Made by a program: the position numbers and the translations under genes
In this document: in pieces, positions 9,635 through 18,737 of the stretch
Position numbering within the stretch: the first letter of the stretch is position 1
Layout: each line of letters starts with the position of its first letter
Assembly (NCBI GenBank): GCA_029838215.1
Contig: JALGVI010000005.1
Span: 1 to 52,909 of the forward strand
Direction: 5' to 3'
Source: Candidatus Helarchaeota archaeon
GTDB taxonomy: Archaea; Asgardarchaeota; Lokiarchaeia; Helarchaeales; RDOG01
DNA length: 52,909 bases
Notes under the pieces: model-generated
Seen by the model: only the letters and a program-made list of their open reading frames with translations
Database searches by the model: none
Told to the model about the DNA's origin: nothing

Positions 9635-10516
9635 ATGTCTGATGAGAAACCTGCAAGGGAAAAATCTGAAAAGAAAGGCATTTATGTCGTGTTTGAAGGA
9701 AGTCGTTTTACCGGAAAAACGACCATGAGGAAAGAAATTGCCGAGTGGCTTCGTTCAACCGGGTCTTTTCAAGTTCTTGAAGTAGAAGAGGCTTCCGAAA
9801 AAATGCGGCAAAGCATTCGCGAGATTGGAGATGAATTTGATAACGAGATTGACGACGATATAGATATTTATGATTTTGTAAGCGATACTTTAAGACAAAA
9901 TAAACGCATTCGACATTTTTTCAGGAGCAAGCCGTCCAAGCCTGAACTTCAAAAAATCGTCATAGCTGAAAGAAGCTTTCTTTCTTCGATTGTTTATCAG
10001 AATGACGTTGGCAAACAACGAATTTGGGATTTGCACGGCATTGGCATTCAGGAACACGTTCTAATGAATCCGAAAGTGACCTCAAAAACGTTCTACTTGC
10101 CCGATTTAGTAATTGTTTTGGACGTAGAAGTTGAAGAAATGCCCAATCGTTATACAAAGGAAACCGTTTTGGAAAAATGGGATCGTGATTTAAATTATCT
10201 AATGGAAGTCAGGAAAAGATTTCGAGAATTAGGAAACATTTCTTATAGATGTACAGGTGATGAATGCAACGAAGGGTGGCGGTTCATTCACTTTGAAACG
10301 TCTTCGGAAGCAACTAAAAAATGTCCTTTTTGTAATTCACGAGTTATCCAAGGAAAGCCTCCAACAGACTATGATTTTCCAATTGAAGTGATAAATACGA
10401 CAAATCACGGGATAAAAGAAGTCTTTGGTAAAATCAAGAGTCTCATGGAACTCCACGTGTTGAATGACTTGACGTTTTTAAGTCAAGATGAAAAGACTTA
10501 TCTAGAAAGGAAGTAG
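9635..10516 (+). CDS. Divergent thymidylate kinase-like NMP kinase with a zinc-ribbon insertion
   Basis: VFEGSRFTGKTT P-loop, ERSFLSSIVYQ (DR/SAYQ-like), PDLVIVLDV; inserted CTGDEC...CPFC. Confidence 0.6.
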   Translation: MSDEKPAREKSEKKGIYVVFEGSRFTGKTTMRKEIAEWLRSTGSFQVLEVEEASEKMRQSIREIGDEFDNEIDDDIDIYDFVSDTLRQNKRIRHFFRSKPSKPELQKIVIAERSFLSSIVYQNDVGKQRIWDLHGIGIQEHVLMNPKVTSKTFYLPDLVIVLDVEVEEMPNRYTKETVLEKWDRDLNYLMEVRKRFRELGNISYRCTGDECNEGWRFIHFETSSEATKKCPFCNSRVIQGKPPTDYDFPIEVINTTNHGIKEVFGKIKSLMELHVLNDLTFLSQDEKTYLERK

Positions 10517-10594
10517 CTTGATCGTAAAAAATTTTATAAAACAAGATTTGATGCAATCCACAGGAATTTCTCATGGATGATAAATCACCTGATT

Positions 10595-10730
10595 AGCCCG
10601 GTGGTGTAGAGAGCGCAAGATTCTTGTTCTCACGCATAGGCCAATCATGTGGGGCTTTGATACGAGGAGCAATTAGATTCCCTCGTGAAGATACCCCGCG
10701 ACCACGGTTCGAATCCGTGCCGGGCTACCA
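10595..10730 (+). tRNA. tRNA-Gln(UUG) with two introns (15/16: 10610-10637, 28 nt; 37/38: 10661-10692, 32 nt), CCA encoded
   Basis: Acceptor stem AGCCCGG/CCGGGCT plus A-CCA, T arm CACGG-TTCGAAT-CCGTG, anticodon stem TGGGG/CCCCG with TTG at 10657-10659. Both insertions fold into bulge-helix-bulge motifs. Confidence 0.9.
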
Positions 10731-10740
10731 CTTTCTCCTT

Positions 10741-11400
10741 TTAAAGATGGAAAGGGTTTCCTTTTTTCAGGATTTCTTCCGGTATTTTCTTCTGCCATTT
10801 TTTCAAGAAATCCTGTTCTCGTGCTTGATCTCGGAGCCCATCCGGAAGCATTTGAGGGATTGTTTCATCAATGGGATACCATCGTTTACATTTTTCACAA
10901 AACATTAGTCCTTCTTCAATTTCTGTCCTGAGAAAAAACCATGTTAGAAAATACAAGTCTAGTTCTAATGAAGAAAACATGTCTTGATCCGGTTTCTCTG
11001 AACTCTTCTGCAAGGTATCTTTGAAAATCGGAAAGGAAGTTGTCTTGATGATTTGAATGATATCTTTACTCCTATCTGTTGCATCGTGGATGAAATTAAC
11101 GGTTTCTTCTTTTTGATTTAATAATTCCAAGAATGATTTCAAGTCATGTTCTCCTCGGACGACTTCATCTGCAACCATCAGCTTGCCTTCTATAAGTTTT
11201 GTTTCAATGGCATCCATTTTTTGTCCTTTAACACGTTCTACTTTGAGAATATCCTTTAGTTCTGCACGATTTTTGGTTGAATGAAGTTCAATTACCTGTT
11301 TAAACAGATCTTCTTTGGTTTCCCACTTGAATATTCTTAAAACCAATGGATAATGCTTGCAAATTGGGCACGCCAAAATATCTAATAAACCCGGTTTCAT
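10741..11400 (-). CDS. trm112: Trm112-family methyltransferase activator with a long central insertion
   Basis: MKPGLLDILACPICK N-terminus and EIEEGLMFCEKCKRWYPI..TIPQMLP C-terminus. Confidence 0.8.
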   Translation of the reverse strand: MKPGLLDILACPICKHYPLVLRIFKWETKEDLFKQVIELHSTKNRAELKDILKVERVKGQKMDAIETKLIEGKLMVADEVVRGEHDLKSFLELLNQKEETVNFIHDATDRSKDIIQIIKTTSFPIFKDTLQKSSEKPDQDMFSSLELDLYFLTWFFLRTEIEEGLMFCEKCKRWYPIDETIPQMLPDGLRDQAREQDFLKKWQKKIPEEILKKGNPFHL

Positions 11401-12485
11401 CGATTTGTCTTCCCTTTTAGTGATTTGATGATTTTGAACATGACATCTCGCGGATCTTCGAGTAATCGCATCAAGTTGTCATCAGGTAGTCTGTACTTGC
11501 GGGGGTTATTTAACATGTCGAGTGATAATTTAATGACTTCAAGGAGATTTTCTTGGTGGAAATATGGGAAGCCTTTTTCTCTCAAGTACTGTTTCACGGT
11601 ATAATCTATGTGAAAGTAGGAGATTGAAGGGATTCCTAAGAGAGCAGCTTCTTGGCTCATTGTGCCACCTCCCGTAATGACTAAATCAACAAACGACATG
11701 AGGTTCGGTCCGTTGATTGCCTTCTTCGGCATGATGATCTTGTCTTTAAACGTTGTTTCGATGATTCGTCGCTGTTTTTCATATCTTGGGAAAAAGACAA
11801 TTTGTACTTCTGGCTTATTTTCCAATAAAGCATAAATCAAAAAACCGCTTCTCGATTTCTCATCTTTTACGTTCTCTTTTTCTAATAAGTATGCAGCTTC
11901 TGATTCCTCTGGACGAATTACGACAATCGGACGATTCTCATCAAGCCCTAATTCTCTCAAGATTGACTTATCACGTTTTATTTTGGGAACCCATAAAGCC
12001 TCAAAAATGCCATCGAATTGAAAAATTTGCTCATGTTTAGCCCCTAAACTTAACAATGAGTCCTGTGGGATGCACTTAGGAATGATATAATATGTTGAGA
12101 GTGGATATACCAATCTGCTAACTGCCGTGGCGTGCGGCGTATCATTGAAGCAAATAAATGGAATCCCCAAGCCAAAGGCAACCCGCGCCGCTTCAGGAGA
12201 CATCAATGCTGCTGCACATAAAAGCCGTTTGTTTAATCCCGTGATGAAATTAGTTAATTTCTTAATGCGATTCGTGCTTTCCAATAGCTTATTCTTTAAT
12301 GAATCTCCACCGTGTTTTCCAAACGTGAAATGTTTGAAATCAAAGAAATCGAGGATTTGTTCGGTTCGTTCATATTCTCGGGTTGTGATGATGACCTCTT
12401 CACCCTTTTCTCTTAAAAATTTTCCTAAAGTGCCAAAAAGCCAAGCGTGTTTTGGTGTTAAGGCATCGAACCAAATAGTCGCCAT
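11397..12485 (-). CDS. DUF354 / COG1817 GT-B fold protein
   Basis: IWFDALTPKH, TTREY, SPEAARVAFGLGIP, DTPHA, RPEES.AAY and GGGTMSQEAALLGIP motifs. Confidence 0.85.
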   Translation of the reverse strand: MATIWFDALTPKHAWLFGTLGKFLREKGEEVIITTREYERTEQILDFFDFKHFTFGKHGGDSLKNKLLESTNRIKKLTNFITGLNKRLLCAAALMSPEAARVAFGLGIPFICFNDTPHATAVSRLVYPLSTYYIIPKCIPQDSLLSLGAKHEQIFQFDGIFEALWVPKIKRDKSILRELGLDENRPIVVIRPEESEAAYLLEKENVKDEKSRSGFLIYALLENKPEVQIVFFPRYEKQRRIIETTFKDKIIMPKKAINGPNLMSFVDLVITGGGTMSQEAALLGIPSISYFHIDYTVKQYLREKGFPYFHQENLLEVIKLSLDMLNNPRKYRLPDDNLMRLLEDPRDVMFKIIKSLKGKTNR

Positions 12486-12497
12486 GAGAGATCTCCA

Positions 12498-12788
12498 TCA
12501 TTCATCCGGTTCTTCTTCCTTTTGATTTTCTTCATTGTTATTTTTTAATGTTCTCCAGAAAAACATGCGAATCAATACGTGCCAGAAGTACAACCAGACT
12601 ATAACCAGCGTGACCGGTATGAACATTTTTACAAAATCTGTAATTAAATCCCAAACAAATCCTGCTTGTCCGGGGGGATTTTGTAATGGGGCAACATAGA
12701 GGAAGAGAAAACCGATGATTGCTAGTGCGGCTAACCAAATAATCGTCATTATACACATCAAGACGATAAGAGACTTTTTATTGACCAT
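12498..12788 (-). CDS. Small membrane protein (2 TM)
   Basis: Two hydrophobic stretches and an acidic tail; tightly packed in the operon. Confidence 0.65.
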   Translation of the reverse strand: MVNKKSLIVLMCIMTIIWLAALAIIGFLFLYVAPLQNPPGQAGFVWDLITDFVKMFIPVTLVIVWLYFWHVLIRMFFWRTLKNNNEENQKEEEPDE

Positions 12789-12792
12789 GAAA

Positions 12793-13986
12793 TCACCAAA
12801 TATTCGTTAAATAAAACATTGGATTACAAAGAACACCCGTGATTATTGCTAAAACTGCACTAAAAATTGTTAAATAAATAAAAGACTTGACGATTTCTGG
12901 TTCTTTTAGCGGTCCTTCAGCGAGGACGATTCTCGTGAGCGTTAATGGTGCTTTTGGTTCTGAACTGGCTTTAATATACCCTCCTTTTATTGGGTATGCT
13001 GGACGTTCTTTTATTCGCTTGCCCTCAATTAACTTACCAATGCTTGCTAATAACTGAAACGCATTGATTATATATGGTAATAACACTATCAAAACGATGG
13101 CTTCTAATCCTCCTTCTATGGCTATAAGTGCCATTGCCGTCCCAACTGTAATGGAGCCGACATTTCCGCTAAAAACTCTAGCAGGATACTTGTTAAAGAT
13201 ATAAAATGCTATCATGCTTCCCAACATTACAGCAGATAGTAAGATTCCTATTGATGAACTCAAACCGAATAAAACGAATAAAATTCCACCGATTAACGTC
13301 ACGCCAAAATTGATGGACATGGTTCCCGACATGGCACCATTGTATACATCTAACATGTTGACTCCATTTCCCAAAACTGGAAATACAAGTAAAATGAAGA
13401 GAAAATATAACCACGTGACATGGAACCTACCCACTAAAGGAAAAACCGGGAAAGGGTTAAATACTGGCAGAACGACATATCCTGGAAGATTCAATAAATT
13501 AATTCCTGGATATAATAGGTGGGATAAAAGGAGTTGACCAACAATTACAGGCACGGCTGGTAGAATTAAAATTAATGGTTTTGCAATTCCCAGATTGCGT
13601 GCGTCATCTAAATAACCAATTCCACCGCCAATGAGAACTGCAAGAAGAAAAATTAACAATTGCCATTTAATGATCATGAGCTGCAAGTTCAAAGGGGGAA
13701 TGGCGATAAAAAGAATTGTCGAAGCAACTGATATTGAAATGAGAATACTAAGCCCTCCACGCTCTGGAATCTCGGGTCTTTCTTCTTTATGTACATCGAT
13801 TCCCACGATTTTTCTTTTCTTCATCCATTCCGATATGATGGGAATGAGATAATAGCATAAAACTAAGCTAATGGCAAACCCCACGCCTGCAAAAATACAG
13901 GCAATGATGAAGTTGAAAAAATCAACGGATAACAAAGGTATGAAATTTGTGAGCATCATCAATGACCACCTCGTAACGATAATCAA
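12793..13986 (-). CDS. aglH: UDP-GlcNAc:dolichyl-phosphate GlcNAc-1-phosphotransferase (MraY/GT4 family; AglH/Alg7-like)
   Basis: GIDVHK..PEIPERGG, IGYLDD, NGVNMLDVYNG and NKYPARVFSGNVGS motifs; polytopic membrane protein. Confidence 0.8.
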   Translation of the reverse strand: MIIVTRWSLMMLTNFIPLLSVDFFNFIIACIFAGVGFAISLVLCYYLIPIISEWMKKRKIVGIDVHKEERPEIPERGGLSILISISVASTILFIAIPPLNLQLMIIKWQLLIFLLAVLIGGGIGYLDDARNLGIAKPLILILPAVPVIVGQLLLSHLLYPGINLLNLPGYVVLPVFNPFPVFPLVGRFHVTWLYFLFILLVFPVLGNGVNMLDVYNGAMSGTMSINFGVTLIGGILFVLFGLSSSIGILLSAVMLGSMIAFYIFNKYPARVFSGNVGSITVGTAMALIAIEGGLEAIVLIVLLPYIINAFQLLASIGKLIEGKRIKERPAYPIKGGYIKASSEPKAPLTLTRIVLAEGPLKEPEIVKSFIYLTIFSAVLAIITGVLCNPMFYLTNIW

Positions 13987-14285
13987 ACCGATTCGAGTTA
14001 TTAAAACGATTTGGATCTTTCATCTTTAAATCTAAATAATATTTGTATATATTCCAAAAAACCAGATTAATTGCTTTTGATTAATAATTCATGTCGCTTA
14101 CCATTAACGAGTCAAAAAGAGCGGTGGGCAGACGATTTCTGACAGGTAGAAAATGATAAGGCTTTTTCGATTGTCCGTCATGGCGTTTTTTGGAACATTG
14201 CGGTCTTCGGGCGGTGGAAAGATCAAAAAGAGAACGATGGGAAATGCGTACTAGACGGAAAACGATAACATCGAGAATGGATGGC

Positions 14286-14519
14286 TCATGGCTCTGAAAC
14301 TTTGATAAGTCGTAACATTTGCAAGATGCCCATGATCAATTCGACAATCATCACTGCGGCCGTGCCCAAGACATGAGACCAGAGAAGACTGGGATCTTTT
14401 CTTCCATCTTTAAAATAAAGAATGATCCAGAGACCAAGGAAAAACATGGCGATTATGAAGGAGAATAAGAAGAACGTAATTGGAACTTGACGGAACATGT
14501 AATAGAAATAGAAAGTCAA
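14286..14519 (-). CDS. Small hypothetical membrane protein (2 TM)
   Basis: Two hydrophobic segments separated by KDGRKDP; start uncertain (TTG or an internal ATG). Confidence 0.45.
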   Translation of the reverse strand: MTFYFYYMFRQVPITFFLFSFIIAMFFLGLWIILYFKDGRKDPSLLWSHVLGTAAVMIVELIMGILQMLRLIKVSEP

Positions 14520-14797
14520 TATCTTTTACTCCTTTACTGCGCATATTTCAATGTTTAAAGAATCTTCCTTTTCTCTTTTTTATATATTTTTTTCTCTATA
14601 TAGAGAATTTTAAATTTCCCATGAACGACAAAAACATATAAATTAATTGCTTTTCCATCATTCTTGTAGACCACAAGAGAGATAAAGGTCTGGAAGAATT
14701 ATAGGTGGATTAGTAATAACCTAGCAGCTTAAACTTTTGATCTTGAAGGATTATTAAATAATTTTTTAAATACAAAAAAATCATAGATGAAAATCAA

Positions 14798-16018
14798 ATG
14801 ACTGAATTAGAAGAATTAGAGGCATATTTTGGTCTCCCCAAACAAGTGATATTTTGTAAAAAGTGTGTAATATCAAATCAACGACCTAATTCTACCTTGG
14901 AGTTTCAACACAATATTAATTCAAAGAAGGAAACTATTCATTTTGATGAAGAAGGTGTCTGTGATGCTTGCCGACTTGCAGAAAGAAAAAATAAAGAAAT
15001 TAACTGGAATAAAAGGGAAGAGGAGCTCAAGGCACTTTGTGATAAATTTAGGAGGGATGATGGGTATTACGATTGCATTGTTCCAGGAAGTGGTGGAAAA
15101 GATAGCACTTTAGCATCTTGGGTTCTAAAATATAAGTATAACATGCACCCTTTAACAGTAACATGGGCTCCTCATATATATACCGAAGTTGGTTGGGGTA
15201 ATTTTCAAAAATGGATTCATGCCGGTTTTGATAATATCTTATTTCATCCAAATGGTAAAGTTCATCGGCTATTGACGCGGTTAGCATTTGATAATCTATT
15301 GCATCCCTTTCAACCTTTTATTTTAGGTCAGAAAAATATCGGTGCAAAATTTGCAGCACTATATGATATTCCTTTAGTTTTTTATGGCGAAAATGAAGCT
15401 GAATATGGAAATCCCATGCAAGATGCATTAACACCGTTAAGAAACATGAAATTCGCTGCTGGAGATAATTACATGAACATGTTTTTGGGTGGTGTAAAGG
15501 TTAAAGATCTAATAGAAAAACATGGGTTGCACATGAATGATTTACAACCATATTTACCAATGGATCCTGATTTATATGTCAAGAAAAAAATTCAAGTTCA
15601 TTATTTAGGTTATTATATCAAATGGGATCCACAAGAAGCGTATTATTTTGCTTCAGAACACTCCGGTTTTAAAGCAAATTGTGAGAGAACTGAAGGAACA
15701 TATTCCAAATATAATAGCATTGATGATAAGACCGATCCTTATCATTACTTCACAACTTATATTAAGTTTGGTATAGGTCGAGCAACTTATGACGCCTCTC
15801 AAGAAATTAGGAATGACAAAATAACTCGAGAAGAAGGCGTGGCTTTAGTCAAAAAATATGATCACGAATTTCCGAAAAAATATTTCAAAGAATTCTTAAG
15901 ATACATGAATAACATGACTGAAGAGCATTTTTGGAAAAAGGTTGATGAATTTCGTTCACCTCATTTATGGAAAAAAGAAAATGGTCAATGGAAATTGCGC
16001 CATACTGTATACGACTAA
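14798..16018 (+). CDS. N-acetyl sugar amidotransferase (WbuX/WbpG/PseA family)
   Basis: CKKCVISNQRP, CDAC, PP-loop SGGKDS, YGENEAEYG, KFGIGRAT and R...ITREEG motifs. Confidence 0.9.
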   Translation: MTELEELEAYFGLPKQVIFCKKCVISNQRPNSTLEFQHNINSKKETIHFDEEGVCDACRLAERKNKEINWNKREEELKALCDKFRRDDGYYDCIVPGSGGKDSTLASWVLKYKYNMHPLTVTWAPHIYTEVGWGNFQKWIHAGFDNILFHPNGKVHRLLTRLAFDNLLHPFQPFILGQKNIGAKFAALYDIPLVFYGENEAEYGNPMQDALTPLRNMKFAAGDNYMNMFLGGVKVKDLIEKHGLHMNDLQPYLPMDPDLYVKKKIQVHYLGYYIKWDPQEAYYFASEHSGFKANCERTEGTYSKYNSIDDKTDPYHYFTTYIKFGIGRATYDASQEIRNDKITREEGVALVKKYDHEFPKKYFKEFLRYMNNMTEEHFWKKVDEFRSPHLWKKENGQWKLRHTVYD

Positions 16019-16023
16019 GTATT

Positions 16024-17469
16024 TTACAGCTGCCCAAAATTATCTAAAATCTGTAATCCAATTTCTCCACTTTTTTCTGGATGAAATTGAGTTCCATAGA
16101 CGTTATTTTTTCTAAAAGATGAGCAAAATTTTTGATTTCCATAAATTGTTTCTGCTTGAATTAGCTCTTTCTCTTCGATTATGGGATAGAATGAATGAAC
16201 AAAATAAACATCTGAAAAATCAGGAATATTTTTCAAAATAGAACCATCCCACTCGTGAGTTTTGTTTAATTTTATTGAATTCCACCCAATCTGAGGAACT
16301 ACATATCCTTTTATATTGACTAAAGAGGGATCTTTGAATCGTACTACGCTTCCTTTAATAATATCCAGTCCTTCATTAAAACCAAATTCTTCACTATCAC
16401 TCATTAATAATTGCATGCCTAAACAAATGCCTATTATGGGTTTATTGTTGTTCACGTGTTCAATGATTGGATTGATTAATTTTCTTTTTTTCAATCCTTT
16501 CATGCCGTCATTAAATGCTCCTACACCTGGAATTACCAGCAACTCCGACTCTTCGATTTCTTCTGGTGTGTTTACAATATTTACTGGATTTCCAACCCGG
16601 ATAAATCCATTAAATACACTTCTTATATTTCCAGCACCATAATCAACTATGCCAACTCTTTTTCTTTTAGCATTTTCTTTAGGTTTTACTCTGATTTTGG
16701 TTTGAGAAATTGTTCGAACATTAAAACTATTTTGTTTTAAAAATTCCTTTATTTCACCTATGGTTAATTTATTATAATGAAGAACTGAAGCCATTGAAAT
16801 TCCATCACAGGTAATCTCATCAAGACATTCTTTAATGTGCATTAAATTGCCCGCTCCTCCTGAAACTACTATTGGAACACTGACTTCTTTTGTAATTGCT
16901 TTAAATAGATTAATATCATAACCTCTTTGTTCTCCCTCATGATCTACAGAAGTAATGAGTAGTTCGCCCGCTCCGAGTTCAACTAATTCTTTTGCCCATT
17001 CAACTGCATCCAATCCGGTTTTTTCTCGACCGCAATCAATATATGCTTCCCATTTATTTGGTCCGATTTCTTTCGCTTCAATCGATCCTACAATGCTTTG
17101 GGATCCAACCAATTTTGAAGCCTCTGTTATGAATTTAGGATTTCTTGTTGCCGCCGTATTAATAGCTACTTTATCCGCCCCTGCAAATAATAATTCTCTT
17201 ATGTCTTCAATTTTTCTAACTCCTCCTCCAACCGTAATTGGAATAAATACCCCTACTGAACTGGTTTCTTCAACAACATCCACTAAATTATTTCTTTCAT
17301 ATAAACTTGCAACGATATCAATATACAAGAGGTCATCGGCTCCTTGTTCATAATACCTCCGTGCCAAATCTGATGGTTTACCAACTTTTCTCAACCCTTC
17401 AAAGTTTATTCCCTTAACTACATAAGGACCTTTGACATCTAAACGGGGTATGACTCTAATTCTATTCAT
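16024..17469 (-). CDS. Fused HisF-like cyclase (N-terminal) + HisH-like glutaminase (C-terminal); WbuZ-WbuY-type ammonia donor
   Basis: RVIPRLDVKG..VVKG, TVGGG, GADKVAINT and LLITSVD.EG (HisF), then VDYGAGNIRSV, GICLGMQLL, YFVHS and QFHPEKS (HisH), all in one open frame. Confidence 0.9.
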   Translation of the reverse strand: MNRIRVIPRLDVKGPYVVKGINFEGLRKVGKPSDLARRYYEQGADDLLYIDIVASLYERNNLVDVVEETSSVGVFIPITVGGGVRKIEDIRELLFAGADKVAINTAATRNPKFITEASKLVGSQSIVGSIEAKEIGPNKWEAYIDCGREKTGLDAVEWAKELVELGAGELLITSVDHEGEQRGYDINLFKAITKEVSVPIVVSGGAGNLMHIKECLDEITCDGISMASVLHYNKLTIGEIKEFLKQNSFNVRTISQTKIRVKPKENAKRKRVGIVDYGAGNIRSVFNGFIRVGNPVNIVNTPEEIEESELLVIPGVGAFNDGMKGLKKRKLINPIIEHVNNNKPIIGICLGMQLLMSDSEEFGFNEGLDIIKGSVVRFKDPSLVNIKGYVVPQIGWNSIKLNKTHEWDGSILKNIPDFSDVYFVHSFYPIIEEKELIQAETIYGNQKFCSSFRKNNVYGTQFHPEKSGEIGLQILDNFGQL

Positions 17470-18001
17470 TTTGATACCATGTTATTTGTATTTCTTCCTT
17501 CAATTAATTATTGATATTCATAAATCTAATTCCTCATTAATAATTAATGTTTGGGACTGTTAAAGTGAAGAAGTAGTATGGTCTCGAGGACATCTTTCGC
17601 AACTGAGAGTCCTTACATGGTTCTCTCTCTTCTAAGTAAAGAAACTTTGGAGCAGAGTTTAAATTTCTAGCATTACTTCGACAAAAGTCGAGAACTCCCC
17701 GACTTTTAACGATAGAGTTGAAAAATCTTATTATTTACTTTAGATCGGGAAAAAAACCTTATTCTCAAAAATTAAAAAAAATCGTAGAAATATAAAAGAT
17801 TTAGAAATTAAGTAGGAATTTGCCTAAAAAATAAAAATCGCATTAGGAACTTGCATGATATTCATGTTTCAAAAATTAGAAAGAAAATAGAAGGTTATAA
17901 AAACGATTCCGGCAAAACTAAAAGAAATAATTAAAAAAAATGTTATCCTATATCATATAGCTCAAAATGGTTTAATTTATTATACTCGACTAAAGAAAAA
18001 T

Positions 18002-18733
18002 ATGAAAAAGAGATGGTTTAATTTAATTGATAAGAAAAAAGATGCTCAAAAATTAATGATAAATATTGGAGGGGGAGAATACGTTCGAAGACATTGGAAG
18101 GTTTTAGATTACATATCCGATCATTATAGCCATAGAAATATCTATATTGATTATAACTTTGATTTGACGAGCAACAAACCTTTACCCTTTTCTGATAATT
18201 CTGTTGCGTTATTTTTTACTTCTCACACTTTAGAACACATCCCCCAAGAATTTTGTCAATTTATTCTAAATGAAATTTATCGATGTCTTAAAAAAAGTGG
18301 AGGAATTAGGCTTACCATGCCCGATTTTGATCTTGCTTATGAAGCTTTTGGTAAAAAAAATGAATCATTTTTTACAAAACTAAGTGGAAAAGATATAGGT
18401 GAAAAGTTTCTTGATTTCTTTGCCTCATATTTTAAGGGTAAAATATCTTTAAAAGAATTGGAAGAGAAATATCATTCCATGGGAAAGGAAGAATTTGCAA
18501 ATTATTTTACTCTAAAAATTCCCAGACATTCTCAAAAAAAGTCACCCGGAAATCATATAAATTGGTGGAATTCCGATAAATTGAAAAGAATGCTAAAAAT
18601 TGCTGGATTCAAAACAATATATCGTTCAAAACCTCAAAAAAGCAAATTTTCTGAAATGAGAGGTGTTGGCGTAAACTCTGGATTTGATTCTAAAAACCCG
18701 GAACTCTCTCTTTTTGTTGAAGCTATTAAATAG
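18002..18733 (+). CDS. Class I SAM-dependent methyltransferase (type 11-like, glycan-cluster associated)
   Basis: INIGGG, LPF.DNSV..FFTSHTLEHI, EIYRCLKKSGGIRLTMPD and SLFVEAIK motifs. Confidence 0.75.
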   Translation: MKKRWFNLIDKKKDAQKLMINIGGGEYVRRHWKVLDYISDHYSHRNIYIDYNFDLTSNKPLPFSDNSVALFFTSHTLEHIPQEFCQFILNEIYRCLKKSGGIRLTMPDFDLAYEAFGKKNESFFTKLSGKDIGEKFLDFFASYFKGKISLKELEEKYHSMGKEEFANYFTLKIPRHSQKKSPGNHINWWNSDKLKRMLKIAGFKTIYRSKPQKSKFSEMRGVGVNSGFDSKNPELSLFVEAIK

Positions 18734-18737
18734 AAAT

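Noticed and set aside
10624-10908. 94-aa ORF on the + strand
   Set aside because: It overlaps the tRNA-Gln and lies antisense to trm112, so it is spurious.
14041-14285. Moderately GC-rich spacer as a possible ncRNA (C/D box-like) or small ORF
   Set aside because: No convincing paired C/D boxes, stable stem or ORF with a start codon was found by eye.
10595-14520. tRNA-Gln as the integration site of the glycan island or a provirus
   Set aside because: No integrase, no duplicated tRNA 3' end was noticed, and core genes (trm112, DUF354, aglH) lie between the tRNA and the island.
16024-17469. Histidine biosynthesis gene
   Set aside because: No other his genes are nearby, and the WbuX neighbour points to sugar amidation.
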